Assembly (NCBI GenBank): GCA_013265495.1
Contig: MU057999.1
Location: 124,001-188,000 of the forward strand
Direction of reading: 5' to 3'
Origin: Vicugna vicugna
Taxonomy: Eukaryota
DNA: 64,000 nucleotides
Position 1 is the first letter of the stretch, and each line of letters begins with the position of its first letter. Below are positions 48,061-61,029 of this stretch, piece by piece. Position numbers and translations under genes: made by a program. The notes under the pieces are model-generated. The model saw only the letters and a list, made by a program, of their open reading frames with translations. It made no database searches and was not told where the DNA came from.

Positions 48061-50544
48061 TCAGGGGCCCATCCATGTGTCCAGGAGACCCACTCTGCCA
48101 AGGTGACCCCTCATCTGCCACTCCCCGAAGCTGACGTCTGTGGCTCTTGCCCTGGTGGATGTGCCACTCTCTCAGGATGACTTCCTCACACCTCCACGTG
48201 TCTGTCTGTCTTTCTGCTTCTTGCTCTGTGTGTCCCGAGTCAAAACTCCCTGAGAGAGGACCTCCAGCATCAGTCAGATTCCAGCCCACGTGGAACCACT
48301 CTGAAAACAAAGGCAGCCAGGCACTGGCCAGACTAGACCCACGCTCCAGCTCTCTTTTTTCCCGCCAGCGAGCAGCTGCCTTGGGGCGGAACACACAGCT
48401 GTGGTCAGGACAGTGGGTCATAGTCGGTCAGATCAGAGCCCCTGGGGGTGGGGTGGACACTCCAACGACCACAGATTGCCCAGTGTGGTTTCAAATGCTG
48501 TTACCGAAAATCTTTCCTGAACATATTTCTCATTTTCCTGACTTGGTAAGATTCCTCTTAGTAAGCATGATTGAATAGCTACAAAAATCAGTCAGGATTT
48601 TCTGATTCCTGGGGCATCCTTCTAAATTCCAACTGCATCAGGCAGCCGAAGCGGGAGGTATGGAGAGCTAATGTGTGGTGATGACCAGGAAACTCCCTAA
48701 ACATCTTATAAAACATTCCTGTTGGGTTATGGGTTATTTGCCTTCACGTTAATGTGGAGGCAACGGCAAGGAGGAAACTCCCTGGCAGTGGGTCCACTGA
48801 GCTCAGGCGTCACAGTTATCAGTTGCAAATGCAGGCAGGGCCCTGGAGTGAGGCAGCTTCCTTCCCCGGGGAGCTTCCAGCCCAGGCTGCAGAGGGCCAC
48901 CGGCACCGAGGGGCCTCTGGGGATGCCTAGACGTGTGGGGACCCAGACCAGCTCCTCAGTGGCCCCAGGAGCCTCCCCCGCTGATGGAGGACAAAAGGTG
49001 GGGTCTCAGGTCACTCAGCCCCGTACCCCCCTCCCCCAAGCACAGGGTGCTAATCCACCCTTGGAATTGTCAGGAAAAGCCCATTTTAATTTGATCCTTT
49101 GCACAGATAGATTAGAAGCCACGGATCTTGACAACTTCTGTTAGTCCATAGTTATGGAAAGGCAGGAAGGAAGGAACAGAAGTCTTGAGCCCTGCACTGA
49201 AAATAATTCAGCAGGATGGAATACTCACACCCAAAGCTACAGCCTGAGTTCTGGACCCCGCCCCACGGCAAACAGGATTCCCTGTGGCGCTGCAGCCCCG
49301 AGTGCCAGCAACTACCATGGAGGCAAGGCTTTTACAGAACAGCCAGCCCCTTGGGGGCTGTGCTCAGCTGACCCGGGCTGGCTAGTCTTGAGGGTCTCCT
49401 TCACCCCTCGCAGCGGCTGGGAGCAAGGTTGTGGGGCGGGGATTCAGACCTCTGTCCCCACATGCCCTGGGGGGTGGGTGTGGTCTGCCGGGGGATGTTG
49501 GCCTGTCCCTGGGACTCCTGTTTTCAAAGTCAGGAGCCAGTCAAATGAAGAGATTGCCTGAGACCGCGTGCGGCAGCCGGACAGTTCCACAAGAAACCAA
49601 CGCTCACAGTTACGCCTAGATTTTTTAAAAAGAGTGTACGTGGGTGGCCTTGTTTTGCCAAGAAAAGCCTCATTTTGTTGATCTTTTCTCTTACTCAGCA
49701 GAAGAAATAGGAGACTTTCCACCAAGGTTTCACAGGATTGCTACCCCAGCACCTGAGCCGGCAACTTCCAAGAGGGCCCCCAGACACAGCGCTGATGCGT
49801 GGGCCTCCTGCCCCGACCGCTAGCCTTTATTGTTGACTGAAGCAGTTTAAAGGGGTGTGTGACCTGAAAGAGGGGCAGGGCTGGGTGAGTCTGGGGGAGG
49901 CGAGTGGGCCTGCCACGAGCTATGACCACAGAAACCCAGTGCAGGAGGTGAGCTGCCTGGCGGAAGTGATCCCTGAGCTGCACTCCCCCCCTACCTGTGC
50001 TCTCACAGGTGGGATCTGAAATGCCACCACCCAGAGGCAGTCACTCTACACTGCAGATCTCCCAACCCCGGCGGTCCAGTGCCCCAGATCGGGCCTCGGA
50101 GATCTTGGGGGAGACCAAGGGGTTAGGCCCAGGCCCTGCCTGTGTGCCAGCCCTATCCAGAGAAAACAGATTTCTCTCCTCGGACTGCCAACAGGGAAAA
50201 GGTGAGCAGAGGCTGCGCTTTCCTTCTCAATCAACATGACCAAGAACCTTCCAGAAACCCCCACCTTGTGGAATCTCAGCAGCCTGTGCTCCTGAGGGTC
50301 TTGGCCCAGAGACAGCCCCCGTGGTGCCACCGACACTCCTCTTGAGCTACGGGACCTTTCAGGCTGAGAGACCCAGTAGGACTCCAGGACCGGGGAGGCA
50401 GGGGGTGAACGCAGGGCCATGGGGGACTGAGGTTTGGGGTCAGTGTGTGTGTTTGGGGAGGGGAGTTCTGAGCAGGAGAGGAGGCGAGCTCCGTTTTCTG
50501 GGCTTCCTAGCCTTCCATCAGTCTCATCCGTAACTGCTCTCTTT

Positions 50545-50880
50545 GCTTCCTGGGGATCCTGGGATGACAGCTCCACAGTCCCGCAGGCTGGGGGCTCACA
50601 AGACAGGAAGCGGAATGTCCCAGAGCTCTGGAGCCTGAAAATCCAATGTCAAGATGTCGGCAGGGCTGGTTTCTTCTGAGGCCGTCTTCTCCCTGCCTTC
50701 GCATCATCTTCCTCTGTGTGTGTCCATGTTCCCAGTTCCTCTTCTTATAAGGCACTGACCGTATGGGATGAGAGTGACCCTCAGGACTTCATTTTAATCT
50801 AATTACCTCTCTACGGCCCCTGTCTCACATTCTGTGGGCAGAACATGTGAATTTGGGAGAACACAAGCCGGCCCGTGACA
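50545..50880 (-). mobile_element. MaLR LTR (MLT1B/C-like)
   Basis: tcaagatgtcggcagggctggtttcttctgaggc...ttcctcttcttataagg...cttcattttaatctaattacctc...gaatttgggag. Confidence 0.8.
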
Positions 50881-50959
50881 CCTGCAGAAGCAGCAGGCAC
50901 CTTACCCTGGGGGGCAGCTGGGCCCCCCACCCACAAGGGCAATCCCACGTTGCACACAA

Positions 50960-51130
50960 AGCATTTCACACACGCTTTCTCCTTCAATCCCTTTAACCCA
51001 TCTCTCTGAAGTCAACAGAGACAGCATCCTTCTCTGATTTCATAGATGAGGAAACAGAGGTCCAGGGAGGTGAACTTGGTGGCCCTGAGCCTCCCGCCAG
51101 GAAGTGAACAAGCTGGGCTGAGACCAGGCC
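50960..51130 (-). mobile_element. MIR SINE fragment
   Basis: atttcatagatgaggaaacagagg. Confidence 0.65.
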
Positions 51131-51529
51131 CCCTCAGTCCTCCCCGTTGTTCTCGCAAACTCACTGCTCTGGGGACCAGAGCATTTCCCTCCAGGGAAGG
51201 AAGGAGATATTTCCCCTGAGAAGAGCTGCACGCCCGAATCAAGTTTGCGGGCACTCACTCGACTCGTCCTGTTCATGTGCCCGAGCTCCATCTCGTAACG
51301 TTTATTTGCTAAACAGTCACTCCTACCTGCAGTTGCTCTCACATGCCCGCTGTGGGCCAGGTGCTCTGTGAGGCCCTCCATGTGTGTTTTATCGCAAAAT
51401 AAATTGTATTTTGGGAATGAGAAACTGGAGGCTTAAGGAGGTAAAACTAAGCAGAAAGTCAGCACCGGAGGGGTGCGCTGGACCCAGATAAGGACGACGC
51501 AGGAGCCATGTCGTCCCAGGGTACCCGCA

Positions 51530-52215
51530 ACAAATGCATTTATCCAATGAGTGTTCATTAGGGTCCTGCTCTGTGCGGAGCACGGTTCAAGGTGTTGGGG
51601 ATTCATCCATTTACAAAGGAGTCTTCCAGAGGGAGACAGACAATGCAGATAATAAATAAGTAAATTGTGCTCGACATTGGAAAGTAGAAAAGAAAAAGAA
51701 ATGCTGCGAGCTGGGAGGCGATCAGGAACAGTGGGCTGGGCAGGGGCGCGTTGCAGTATTGAACCAAGTGCTCAGGGAAGGCCCGCAGGAGCACAGACTC
51801 GAGAGGGAGAAGAAGTTAGACCATGAGGATGCCCGCAGAAGAGGGTTCCAGGCAGGGGGAACACGTGCAAAGGCCCTGGGCCAGGAGGGCGCCTGCAGTG
51901 TTGTAGGGACAGCACATTGGCCTGTGGTCAGGCTGGTGGGGAGGAGGATGGGGAGGGGAAATCGGAGTGCAACAAGGCCAGGCTGGGTCAGGCTCACGGG
52001 CCACTGCCAGGACCTGGGCTTGGCTCGCTGCTGCGAGGCCTCTGCAGGGCTCTGAGCCGAGGAAGGGGTATGGTTTGACCACACTTTCGTAGGTTCGCTG
52101 CTGCTGTGTTGAGAACGGATGGCCCAAGGAACAGAAAGGGCGTAGACACCAGTTAAGAGGCTTCTGAAATCATCCAGACAGGGGCTGGGATTGGCGGTCC
52201 TGGTGCTGAAGGTGC
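51530..52215 (-). mobile_element. L2 LINE remnant (3' region)
   Basis: Inverted L2 tail (gttcattagggtcctgctctgtgc...gtgttggggat), then ttccaggcagggggaacacgtgcaaaggccctggg. Confidence 0.8.
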
Positions 52216-52795
52216 CAGATTCTGTTTCTCTTGCTGCTGTTTCTCTCCCCATCCCCTCCTCCTCCTCCTCCTTTTTGGAAAGTCCGTGGAATGGGGCTAA
52301 CTGCGTTCCAGTCCTGGTGTTCCCAGAGAAAGCTGCTCCAATGCTCACAGTATCAGTTTTTTCCTTTAGAAAACAGGGTAAAATGGGGTTACAATGCCAG
52401 CCTCATAGGGCAGTTGGAGAATCATCCGTGATTTAGCAGTTACAGATGTTCTGGCTCTGTCCAGGACTCCTCTAACTCCAGGGCTTGAAACCTGCCTCAG
52501 ATTAGGGGTCTGAGCCTTGTCCCTCCTGCCCCAAACGGAGGCAGGGACAGATCTTGCTGGGAAACTTCCAGATCAGATGTGCCTCAGGGCACAGGGACCT
52601 GAGCAGTCTTTCATTTCCAGGCGTGGGGCTCACCGATAGATGCAGGCCTCTGGGAGGACCCAAAGGCAGATCCTGTGGTCGCAGGGAACCAGATTAGAGA
52701 GCTCTGTAGACCCAGGGACAACCTCCATATCTCAGTCTTCAGAGTTGGGGCCTGTGGGTGAGCACTAGATTAGGAGTCCAGCAACCTGCATTTCT

Positions 52796-52903
52796 CTAAT
52801 TTAATTGAGATGTAATTGACATATGACAGTACATTAATTTCAAGAATACATCATAATATTTGTATATATTGCAAATGATCCCCACAGTAAGTCTAGTTGA
52901 CAT
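52796..52903 (-). mobile_element. 108-bp L1 3' end with a perfect 14-bp TSD
   Basis: taattgagatgtaattgacata...ccccacagtaagtctagttgacatc. TSD caacctgcatttct at 52782-52795 and 52904-52917. Confidence 0.85.
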
Positions 52904-53454
52904 CAACCTGCATTTCTGCATCAACTCTGCGGTTTCCAGCTCAGTGTACTTGAAAGTTGAATTCCCTCTGGGTCTCAGTTTCCCCATCCCATCTGTCAAA
53001 TGTAAGCGTTGGCAACATCTGCGTGCTTCTCTCCAGATTTCCGGAGTTTTTCTGGGCTTGAGAGGAGTCCAGACAGTGTAGAGTCACGGAGTTACTCACT
53101 TCCTTATTTTCCTACATGACTTGGCCCTGTTCCCTGGCATCCACCTCTCCCAACCAATTTCTCTACTTGGTCTGAGCGACTCTTGCAGGGAGGGCTGGTG
53201 AGCTGAGCCAGGATCGGCTCAGGGTGCAGGGACAAACCTGGGCCACACAGCCACAGCCCTTCCCCTGGAGACTGGTGCTACCTTCAAGGGAGGTGCGTTC
53301 ACAGCGGGAGGAGGGGGGCATGGTGGGCAGGAGGTCAGGTGGTCCAGCTGGAAGGACTCTTAGAGACGCCCATCTCATAGATGGGGAAGCTGAGGCTAAA
53401 AGAAGGGAAAGGGCTTGTCCAGGGTCTCACATGGGTCATGAGAAACATCTGTTT

Positions 53455-53705
53455 TTGTTTTTTTTTAATAAATAGCAAACTGCTTTATTAAAGTGTAAGT
53501 GACATCCATTAAACTCCACATGAAGTGTACAGTTGGACGAGCTCTGATGTGCATGTGCAGCCGTCAACGCATCTCCACAATCAAGATCCTTAGCATTCTG
53601 CTGCCTCCAGAAGTTTCCTCGTGTCCCTTTGACCTGTCTCCCTCACTCCACACTCCAGGCTATAGCAGGTCTGCTTTCTGTCCGTTGTGGATTCGTTTGC
53701 CATCT
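53455..53705 (-). mobile_element. Old L1 (L1MB/MC-type) 3' UTR fragment
   Basis: aagtgtacagttggacgag...ccacaatcaagat...ccagaagtttcctcgtgtcccttt...tctgctttctgtc. Confidence 0.75.
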
Positions 53706-56320
53706 ATGTTAAGGTAGTGCTGGTGACACTGGTTGGCAGATGGAGTGTGGGCTGTGGGGGTTGGGGTGGGGGACTTCAAGGTTTTGGCATGAGGACTAGA
53801 AGCCTGGAGCTGCTGTTGTTCGAGAGGGAGGGGAAAGCTTCCAGAGCGCAGCTTTGCACCTTGTGCGAGCTGCCTCATTGTCCCTGTGTGGGGAAGGGTT
53901 GGGGGCGGTCAGCCATAGGAGTCCAGACTGCCAGAGAGTCTGGGCTACAGAGCTGCCAAGAAGGGCAGGAAGCCAGGGACCAGCCAGACCTCCAAGGAGC
54001 GAGTGTAGGTGATGGCCGCCCCCAGCTCTCCTGCAGTAAGAGATGGGTCAGGGCCGGCCCTCTAGAAAAGACCTGCTCCCCTCCAGGGGTCAGGCCTCCC
54101 GGAGCCCTGGAAGCAGCGCGGGTTCTCTGAGGGCTGAGCTGTATTGCTCCGTCTTTTGGTGCCTACACAGTGCCTGGGGCCTGGGAAGAGCTTGGTACAT
54201 GTTTGTTGAACAATGGGGTTGGGAAGGCAAGGAAAACTCTCCTCACCTCTGCAACATCTGCAGGAACCTGTTTCTGCCTTCTTCCCAGAGCCGTGAGTCA
54301 CAGGAGCAGGTCTGTGACCCTTTACTGTCCGCTGGAAGGCAAGTACCCAGACAGTGACAACCGCTCCCCGTGGGCCAGGGGGGCTCCCCACCCCTGGCTC
54401 TCACCTCTGGCCTGTGATTCCTGCAGAGAAGGAAAAAGCAAAATTACATTTGACTCACCTTTCATAAACATTCCTTCAGCTGACCTCCCAGTAACCCCAT
54501 CAGTTAAGTCCTTCCTTTACAGATGAAGAACGAGGGGCTCTGGGAGAAGATGGGACCAGATCTGAACCCATTGCCTCTGATTCCACTGCCACCTCCCCAC
54601 AAGGAGAAAGTTCTCTTGCAAGGGGGGGACCCCTGGTGACCCTTCATGGCCTGTAGGCTTGAGGGAATTTGCCTTTGGCTGTCCCCTGGCTGGGCACTGC
54701 CCCTTCCACAGGGCTGTCCTCCCTCTGTAAACCCATCACAAACTATTTTGTACCATTTGGACCAGCTGCCTGGCCTCCCTGCCCAGCCCCACCCTTGGCA
54801 GGCCATCCTGGCCTGCCCTCAGAGTGAGCCCACACTCCCTTGCCCTGCCATGTCCTAACGGACCTTCTCTGGGCCAGGTGTGCTTCCTTGCACCTCAGGT
54901 GTGCGCAGAGCCTCAGAGCAGTACCTTCTGGAAACCCCGATCCTGCTAGAACATTCAGTAACACAATAAGCATAACTGGGCAGCCCCCACTGTGTCTTGC
55001 TTAGCACACAAGACATAGAACTGTCCCAGCCCTCCTGTGGCTGGAGGTGGGGGGTCGGTGGGTCACCCTCAGTTCATTAACTTTGACCGTGCTCTGGAGG
55101 AAAAGGCCAGGGCATAGAACAGAGGGACCAGCCATCCCAGGGTCCACGAAGGCATTCCGGGGACGGGAGGGGAGGCCTGGGGCTGAAGGATGAGCAGGAG
55201 TCCTCAAGGGAAGATGGAGGAGAGATTGCTCCAGGCAGTGGAGGGAGCGAGCAGAGCTGTGAGGGCAGAGGGGGGCCTGTGTGCCTCAAGGGGAGACACC
55301 GGCAGGGTGACTTGGGGTCCAGAGTGGGAGGCAGCACCAGAATTGATGTGTCTTCTCCACCAATGGAGAAACGTGCCTTCCCCCAGGCAGCTCAGTGGCT
55401 GGGGCCCAGGCCCTGGGAGGGAACAGGGCTTGGGGGCCTCATAGCATTCTCAGGGAGGGAGGCTCCCAGGTCAGCTCCTGCTCAGCAGAGGCCAAGGGGC
55501 TCCAAGAGCTTTGCCCGCCAGAGAGGGGGCTGCTGGAACCCACGCCCTGTACACTGCCGGCTCCACGCAGCCCAGGAGGAGGCCCAGGCCTTCCGTCCGC
55601 TGTGAGTTTTCTGACTGAGGCGGAAAGGGCCAAGCCCTGGAATGTGCTGACCTCTGCCTCCTGCAAGGTCCAGGGTCTAAGGCCCATTCTTCCCAGCACC
55701 AAAGCCCCTCTGAAGCCCAGGGTGGGCGTGGCGCAGCACAGGGAAGGGCCAGGCAGGAGCAACGCTTCCCCTAGGATGGTTCCCAGAAGGAGCTTGGCTC
55801 CCCAGAGCCTCCTTCACTCTCCCCAGCATCCTTCCCTAATGAGGAGAGGAAGGCCCCTGAGGTCAGGGTCAGCGCAGCACCCCGCCCACCAGCGCCAGCT
55901 CAGTCCTTCCCAGGCAGGGCCTTGCCGGAGCCCTTGAAGCTGGCGGCCCGGGAGCGCCTTTCAGGAAATGTCACTCCTGCCGCACAGGAACAGAGTACAC
56001 GTGGCCTGAGTTGGGAGGGAGGTTGCAGGACAACTGGAAGGAGCGGGGAGGGCACCAAGCTCAGAGGAAGCCCACCCTGGCCCTCTCCAAGCCTCAGTGG
56101 CCTCACCTGAGAATGGGAACCGCAGCTGCTCTGCCAATGCCAGAGGAAGGGTCTGAGGTTGCAGGAAGCTGCACGGCGCTTTCCAGATGTGAGGTGAGAC
56201 TCTTATCAGGCTCCAGTCATCCTGGTGGAGGACCCTGAATTAAGCCAGTAGCAGCCTTCAATGCGGAGCAGAGAAGCTGCTAAGCTGGGGTTCTCTGCTG
56301 CCTGAGGGCACAGCGGGACC

Positions 56321-56820
56321 TACAACAGAGAACAAACCTGACTCCATATTGAATCTGTCCCTTTGGCTCTAACCCTGGGCTCTGTTGCCTCTGCTTAGTC
56401 ATGCTGGCTCTGCACCTTTCCCATAGCCTGAAATACACAGACAGCCCATTCTCAAGGCTCTGACCTTTAAAGATATAACACTTGTCCATTCATAGAGCAG
56501 TAAAAAGTTGCAGAACAGAAAATAACAATTGTCTTATTGGAGGTTTGTAGGAACATTATGACCAGACTTATGCGGATAGCTGCAGGATCAAAGGATTTCT
56601 GCACCAAGAAGTTTGCAACACCCAGCCACACCTTCTCCTCTTTTAGTATAAAAGAAGCCTGAATTCTAACTTAGGCAAGATGATTCTTTGGGACACTAAT
56701 CCACCATCTGCTTGGTCTGCTGGCTTTCCAAATAAAGTCGCTCTTCCTTGCCCCAACACCTCGTCTCTCAATTTATTGGCCTGTCATGCAGTGAGCAGCA
56801 CGAGCTTGGATTTGGTAACA
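56321..56820 (+). mobile_element. Solo ERV1-type LTR (500 bp)
   Basis: TATAAAA at 56647-56653, AATAAA at 56731-56736, and a 3' end ...gagcttggatttggtaaCA typical of laurasiatherian ERV1 LTRs. Near-TSD gacc/gact. No internal ERV sequence adjacent. Confidence 0.85.
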
Positions 56821-59340
56821 GACTTACAGAAGGAAGAGTCAGGCAAGGTCTGAAGACTTTCTCAGCATCCTTGATTCTGAAATACAGTGCCCTGGGATTC
56901 TTTTCCCCCAGATAAACTCTGCTCTCAACGCCCCTGTCAGGCTAAGACTTGGCCTTGCATTTGGGCTGGTGGTTCTTAAAGGGAATCCTCTGAAAGTCTT
57001 CCACGGGAGGAGGGTGCACATGTGCATATTGTGGAAGTGCAGAGACTCCCTGGGGTGGGGAATGCACCAGGATCCGGAGTAAGGGTCTCTGGAGGCGGGC
57101 ATGCAGGAGTTAGGATTAGGCTGGGAAATTAGAAGGAGGCAGGAGCCCTTCCCGGGCAGCTCCCACAGCCCTCGGCACTCATTTTGTGTCTGCCTCTCAG
57201 CAGCCTTACCGTGGTCAGTGAGTTCTTGAGGGCATGGACCATGCTTTATTCCCACCATGTGTGCCGCAGAGAAGGGCCTCTGTAAGTCTGTTGGGAAAGT
57301 GAACAGAACAAACTCTTGGTAAACTCTTAATTCAAGTCTCCTCTATGTTTGTCTGTAGCACCTAGTACAGCACCTGCATCCAAAGGTGCCCAATAAGAGT
57401 CTGCAGCCAACTATTTGTTTCCCAAATAAACGCCACCCCACAGTCAATATGGACTACTCAAACTTTCCCAAGCACACCTTCAGTTCTCCAACTTCCCAGC
57501 CCAGTCTGCGGGGTCGTCTTGCCAGGCCCCTCTGCACCAGCTGACATTCTGAGCATCCTTTGTGGGCCTCCTCTCCTGGGACATCTTCTCTGACCAGCCT
57601 AACCCAAACCCAGCATCACCCCAGTCAAAGACCTCCAAGGACTTTCCCCGGTTCCACATGAGACTGCCTGACTTTCAACACTCACCCACAACCCAGCCCC
57701 AACCTTCTTCTCAGCCCTTATCCTGATCCCAACACCAGACAGACTCTCTGTCCCGACAGGGAACAGTCAGCTGTGTCCAAAGATGGTAGGTGTGTACCCG
57801 CCCTCCCAGCCGGGCCAGGGCGCACGCCTGCACGTGCTCCCTCACATGCTCGCCCTCTCTCAGGAGACACCACGCTGGATGGCTAAACAAGAAGCTGTGG
57901 ACAAGCCACCCTTCCCCAACAGAAAGAAGTGGAGGTTTTAGAGAGCTCCGAGGGGGTGGTCAGGATGCCAGCACGGGTGACCTTGGAAAAGTCACCACAG
58001 AGCCTCAGATTCCCCAGCTGTGAAATGAGGAGCAGGACCACACCATCTTCACCATCTCTCTCAGCGCCAGAGCCCTGACACATTGAAAGTGCCCGACTGG
58101 ACCATAAGAACGAAATACCCCACAGTGTCTGCAAAAGGAGAAGGGGAGGAGATGCCTAGGGGGCCTGTGGCCCACACCTCTGCGCTCCAGGCCTGGGGCT
58201 CCCCTGTCCGCCCGGGCCAGCCTGCCTCCAAGAGCTGCCCAGGAGCCGAGGACACGGCCAGCGGGTGGCTGTCGCGCCCCTGGTCGGGTTTGCCGCGTAG
58301 TGCTGTGTGGTGAGTCCTGGCCTGCGATCAGCTGTCCCACTGCACTGGAGGCAGATTTCCCAGGAGTGAGCCCAGAAATTGGCTCCGAATTTCGGAGGAA
58401 GGAGAACAAATTGATTCCAGGGAAGGGTTATTTTTTCCAGAACATTAAAGCCAGCTGTTGTTTCTACAGCCTGCGGGGCCCCCCACCCCGTCATCCCCAG
58501 AGTGGCCGGCAGCCCCTGTCCCCAAACCTGGGCCCCGGGAAAGACGTTCTCCCCCGTCCTTTCATCCCCTTACCCACCCCGGCTCCCTCTCACTTCCGAC
58601 CAGCAGCACTTCCGCTGGGATTCTCCACCTTGGACTTGCTCCCGGGAAATTCTGGAAGCATCAAATCGTGCAGATTGTTTTCATTATGATGATTCTGGGT
58701 TTAACCTCCTGGCCCTGCGTCACCAAGAATTGGGGGCTCTTTCTTAGAACCACATGGGGCGAGAGGCCTTTCTTCCGCTCACCCCCTGAACCGGTCTTAC
58801 TTTACTTCCCTCAGCCTTGGATCCTCGTCCTCCACCCGCCCTCCCCGCCTCCTGCAGGCTTTCTCTGATGAAGCCTTGGGTCTCAGGGAAGCACACAGGC
58901 CCAGGTGATCTTGCCCTCCCGCCTGACCTTCACGGTCATCAGATCCTGGCCTCTCTCTAGGGCTGCTTCCCAGCGTGAAGCCAGCGTCTTGGAACCTGCC
59001 TCCAAAAGGCTTAGGGGCTCTGCCAACATTTGGGCTGAATGTTTTTAATATGAAGATTTCCCCTACTCTTCAAAATTGTAATGAAAACGACACGCCCACG
59101 TAAATGTGTTGCACACGAATCTTAGTACGTCGACAGCTACCGACACATTAACTAAGGCCGCGGCAGGAACTTGCTTTTTGTGCAGACCTCAGAATAAAAC
59201 TTTTATTGAATTCAAGGTGGACCCAGGAGTGTCAAGAGAGCTGATTTGAAAAAAAGAAGAATACTTTTAAACAATGGCAAGTACTTCTCTGTGTGAAACA
59301 GGATTTCTTGATCTCGTCCAATCAAAACAGATGGCAGTGG

Positions 59341-59540
59341 CAGTGGTTCTCAACAGGGGTGACTGACACCTGACAATGTCTGGAGACATTTTTGGTTTTC
59401 ATACATGACGGGAGTGTTACTACCGACATCTAGTGGGTGGAGGCTAGGAATGCTGGTTAACATTCTAGAGTGCTCAGGACACCCCCAACAAAGAAGTCCC
59501 TGACCCCCAAATGTTAATGGTGCTGAGTGGAAGAACCTTG
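59341..59540. mobile_element. MER20 hAT-Charlie DNA transposon
   Basis: cagtggttctcaacagggg...caatgtctggagacatttttgg...catctagtgggtggaggctaggaatgctg...caaatgttaatggtgctgag...gaaccttg. Confidence 0.9.
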
Positions 59541-61029
59541 ATATGTGGGAAGGCACTGGGCGTGAGAGTCTAACTGATTTCCATAACCCTGGATTTCAAG
59601 TGGTTATGTTGATCAAAACTGCCTGGTCGTTCTCACCAATCGGCTTAATAAGTAAACCTTACAGGGAGGAAGACACCAAAAGAAAGTTATGCTTAATAAA
59701 ACACTGTTTACATGGGGCTCCAGGTAAGAGTTTTTTAAAAACAAAAATCTGTAGCTATAAAAGTCCACATCCAGCTGGGCCGGTGTCTGCTTATGGTGGT
59801 CCCGATACCCTGACTCTCCGGCTCCGGCCTGTCTCACGCAGCCACCTCCTGGTTGCAGGAGAGACACAGCCCCCTCCGGGGCTCCCAGCCTGCAGGGAAG
59901 GGGGCTTATCGCGCCGGTGGAGTGTAGGCCCCACGGGAGCAGCGGTTGTGGTCCGCTTTGTGCCTGAGGCTAGTGAGTGCTCATTAAACACACTGAATGA
60001 GAGAGACGCTTACGGCCAAGGTCTTCGGGGCCTGGAGGTTCTCCCCGACCCCTTCGGAGGGCAGGAATGGGGGTTGGGCTGTGCCTGTCCTGCTGCCCTG
60101 GCCTAGCAGCCCACGTTGCTGCTGAGGGAGTCCTGAACACCCACTCCCAGAAGACTGGCTCCTTTGAAGGAGCCTCTGACATCACAGGCACACCTCCCAC
60201 CCCAAGTCCCGTGGTCGGAGTGTCTGTCTAGACACCACCCGGAGCAGCCGCAAGTCTTCCCTTTGATCTTTGAAGGCTCTTCCCAGCTTCCCATGCACTC
60301 CCTGGAGAGCCTCCCAGGGGGCGGGGGAGGCAGGGAATGGCTTTGGGCTGATGCTCAGGGCACGTTCGTCCGCAGCTTCTACAGCTAAGAGGTATTTCCA
60401 AAGTGCCGTCCCTTCCCAGGGCACAGGAAAGGGCCCCGGTCATCGACGGGGCCCACCTGTGCCTTCTGGAGCCTCACCTGGGTAAGCAGATGCCCCGGCC
60501 TGGGGTTCCAGTGCAGCAGCCTCTCCCTCAATGAGCCAAGCTCTTTTGTCACTGGAGCCTCCACTAGGCACCTGCCATGTGCCGGGCCTTGCCCCACTGA
60601 AGGTCACAATTCACCACTGTAGGGAAGAGCTTTGTAAGGTCCGAGTCCCAGAAGGCAGGTATCTCAGCCCAGAACTGTTAGCGTCCCAGCTGAGGTCACG
60701 TCTTTACTCCTGTCCATGCAGGGAACACTATGGAACGACTTCTGGGCCAGGGTGGTGGTGTCACCCAGCAAGACCCTACTGTCATCGGTGACCATACGGT
60801 ATTTGTAACTGCTTAATGTATGGTAGTGTATATGGCTTTTCTCACACTCCTGCCGACCAGGGTTGGGCTGGAGAGGAGGGAGGCTTGGGTGGTCCATCCA
60901 GCCGCTGCGTGGTGCTGTGTGCAGGGATCATGCATAGTGCCCTGCTTTTGCTCCTGACACCACAGAAATGGCACGTTGGGTTTCTGTGCACGTGCGCGGT
61001 TATTTTTAGTCCCTTGTGGTTTGTTTTTT

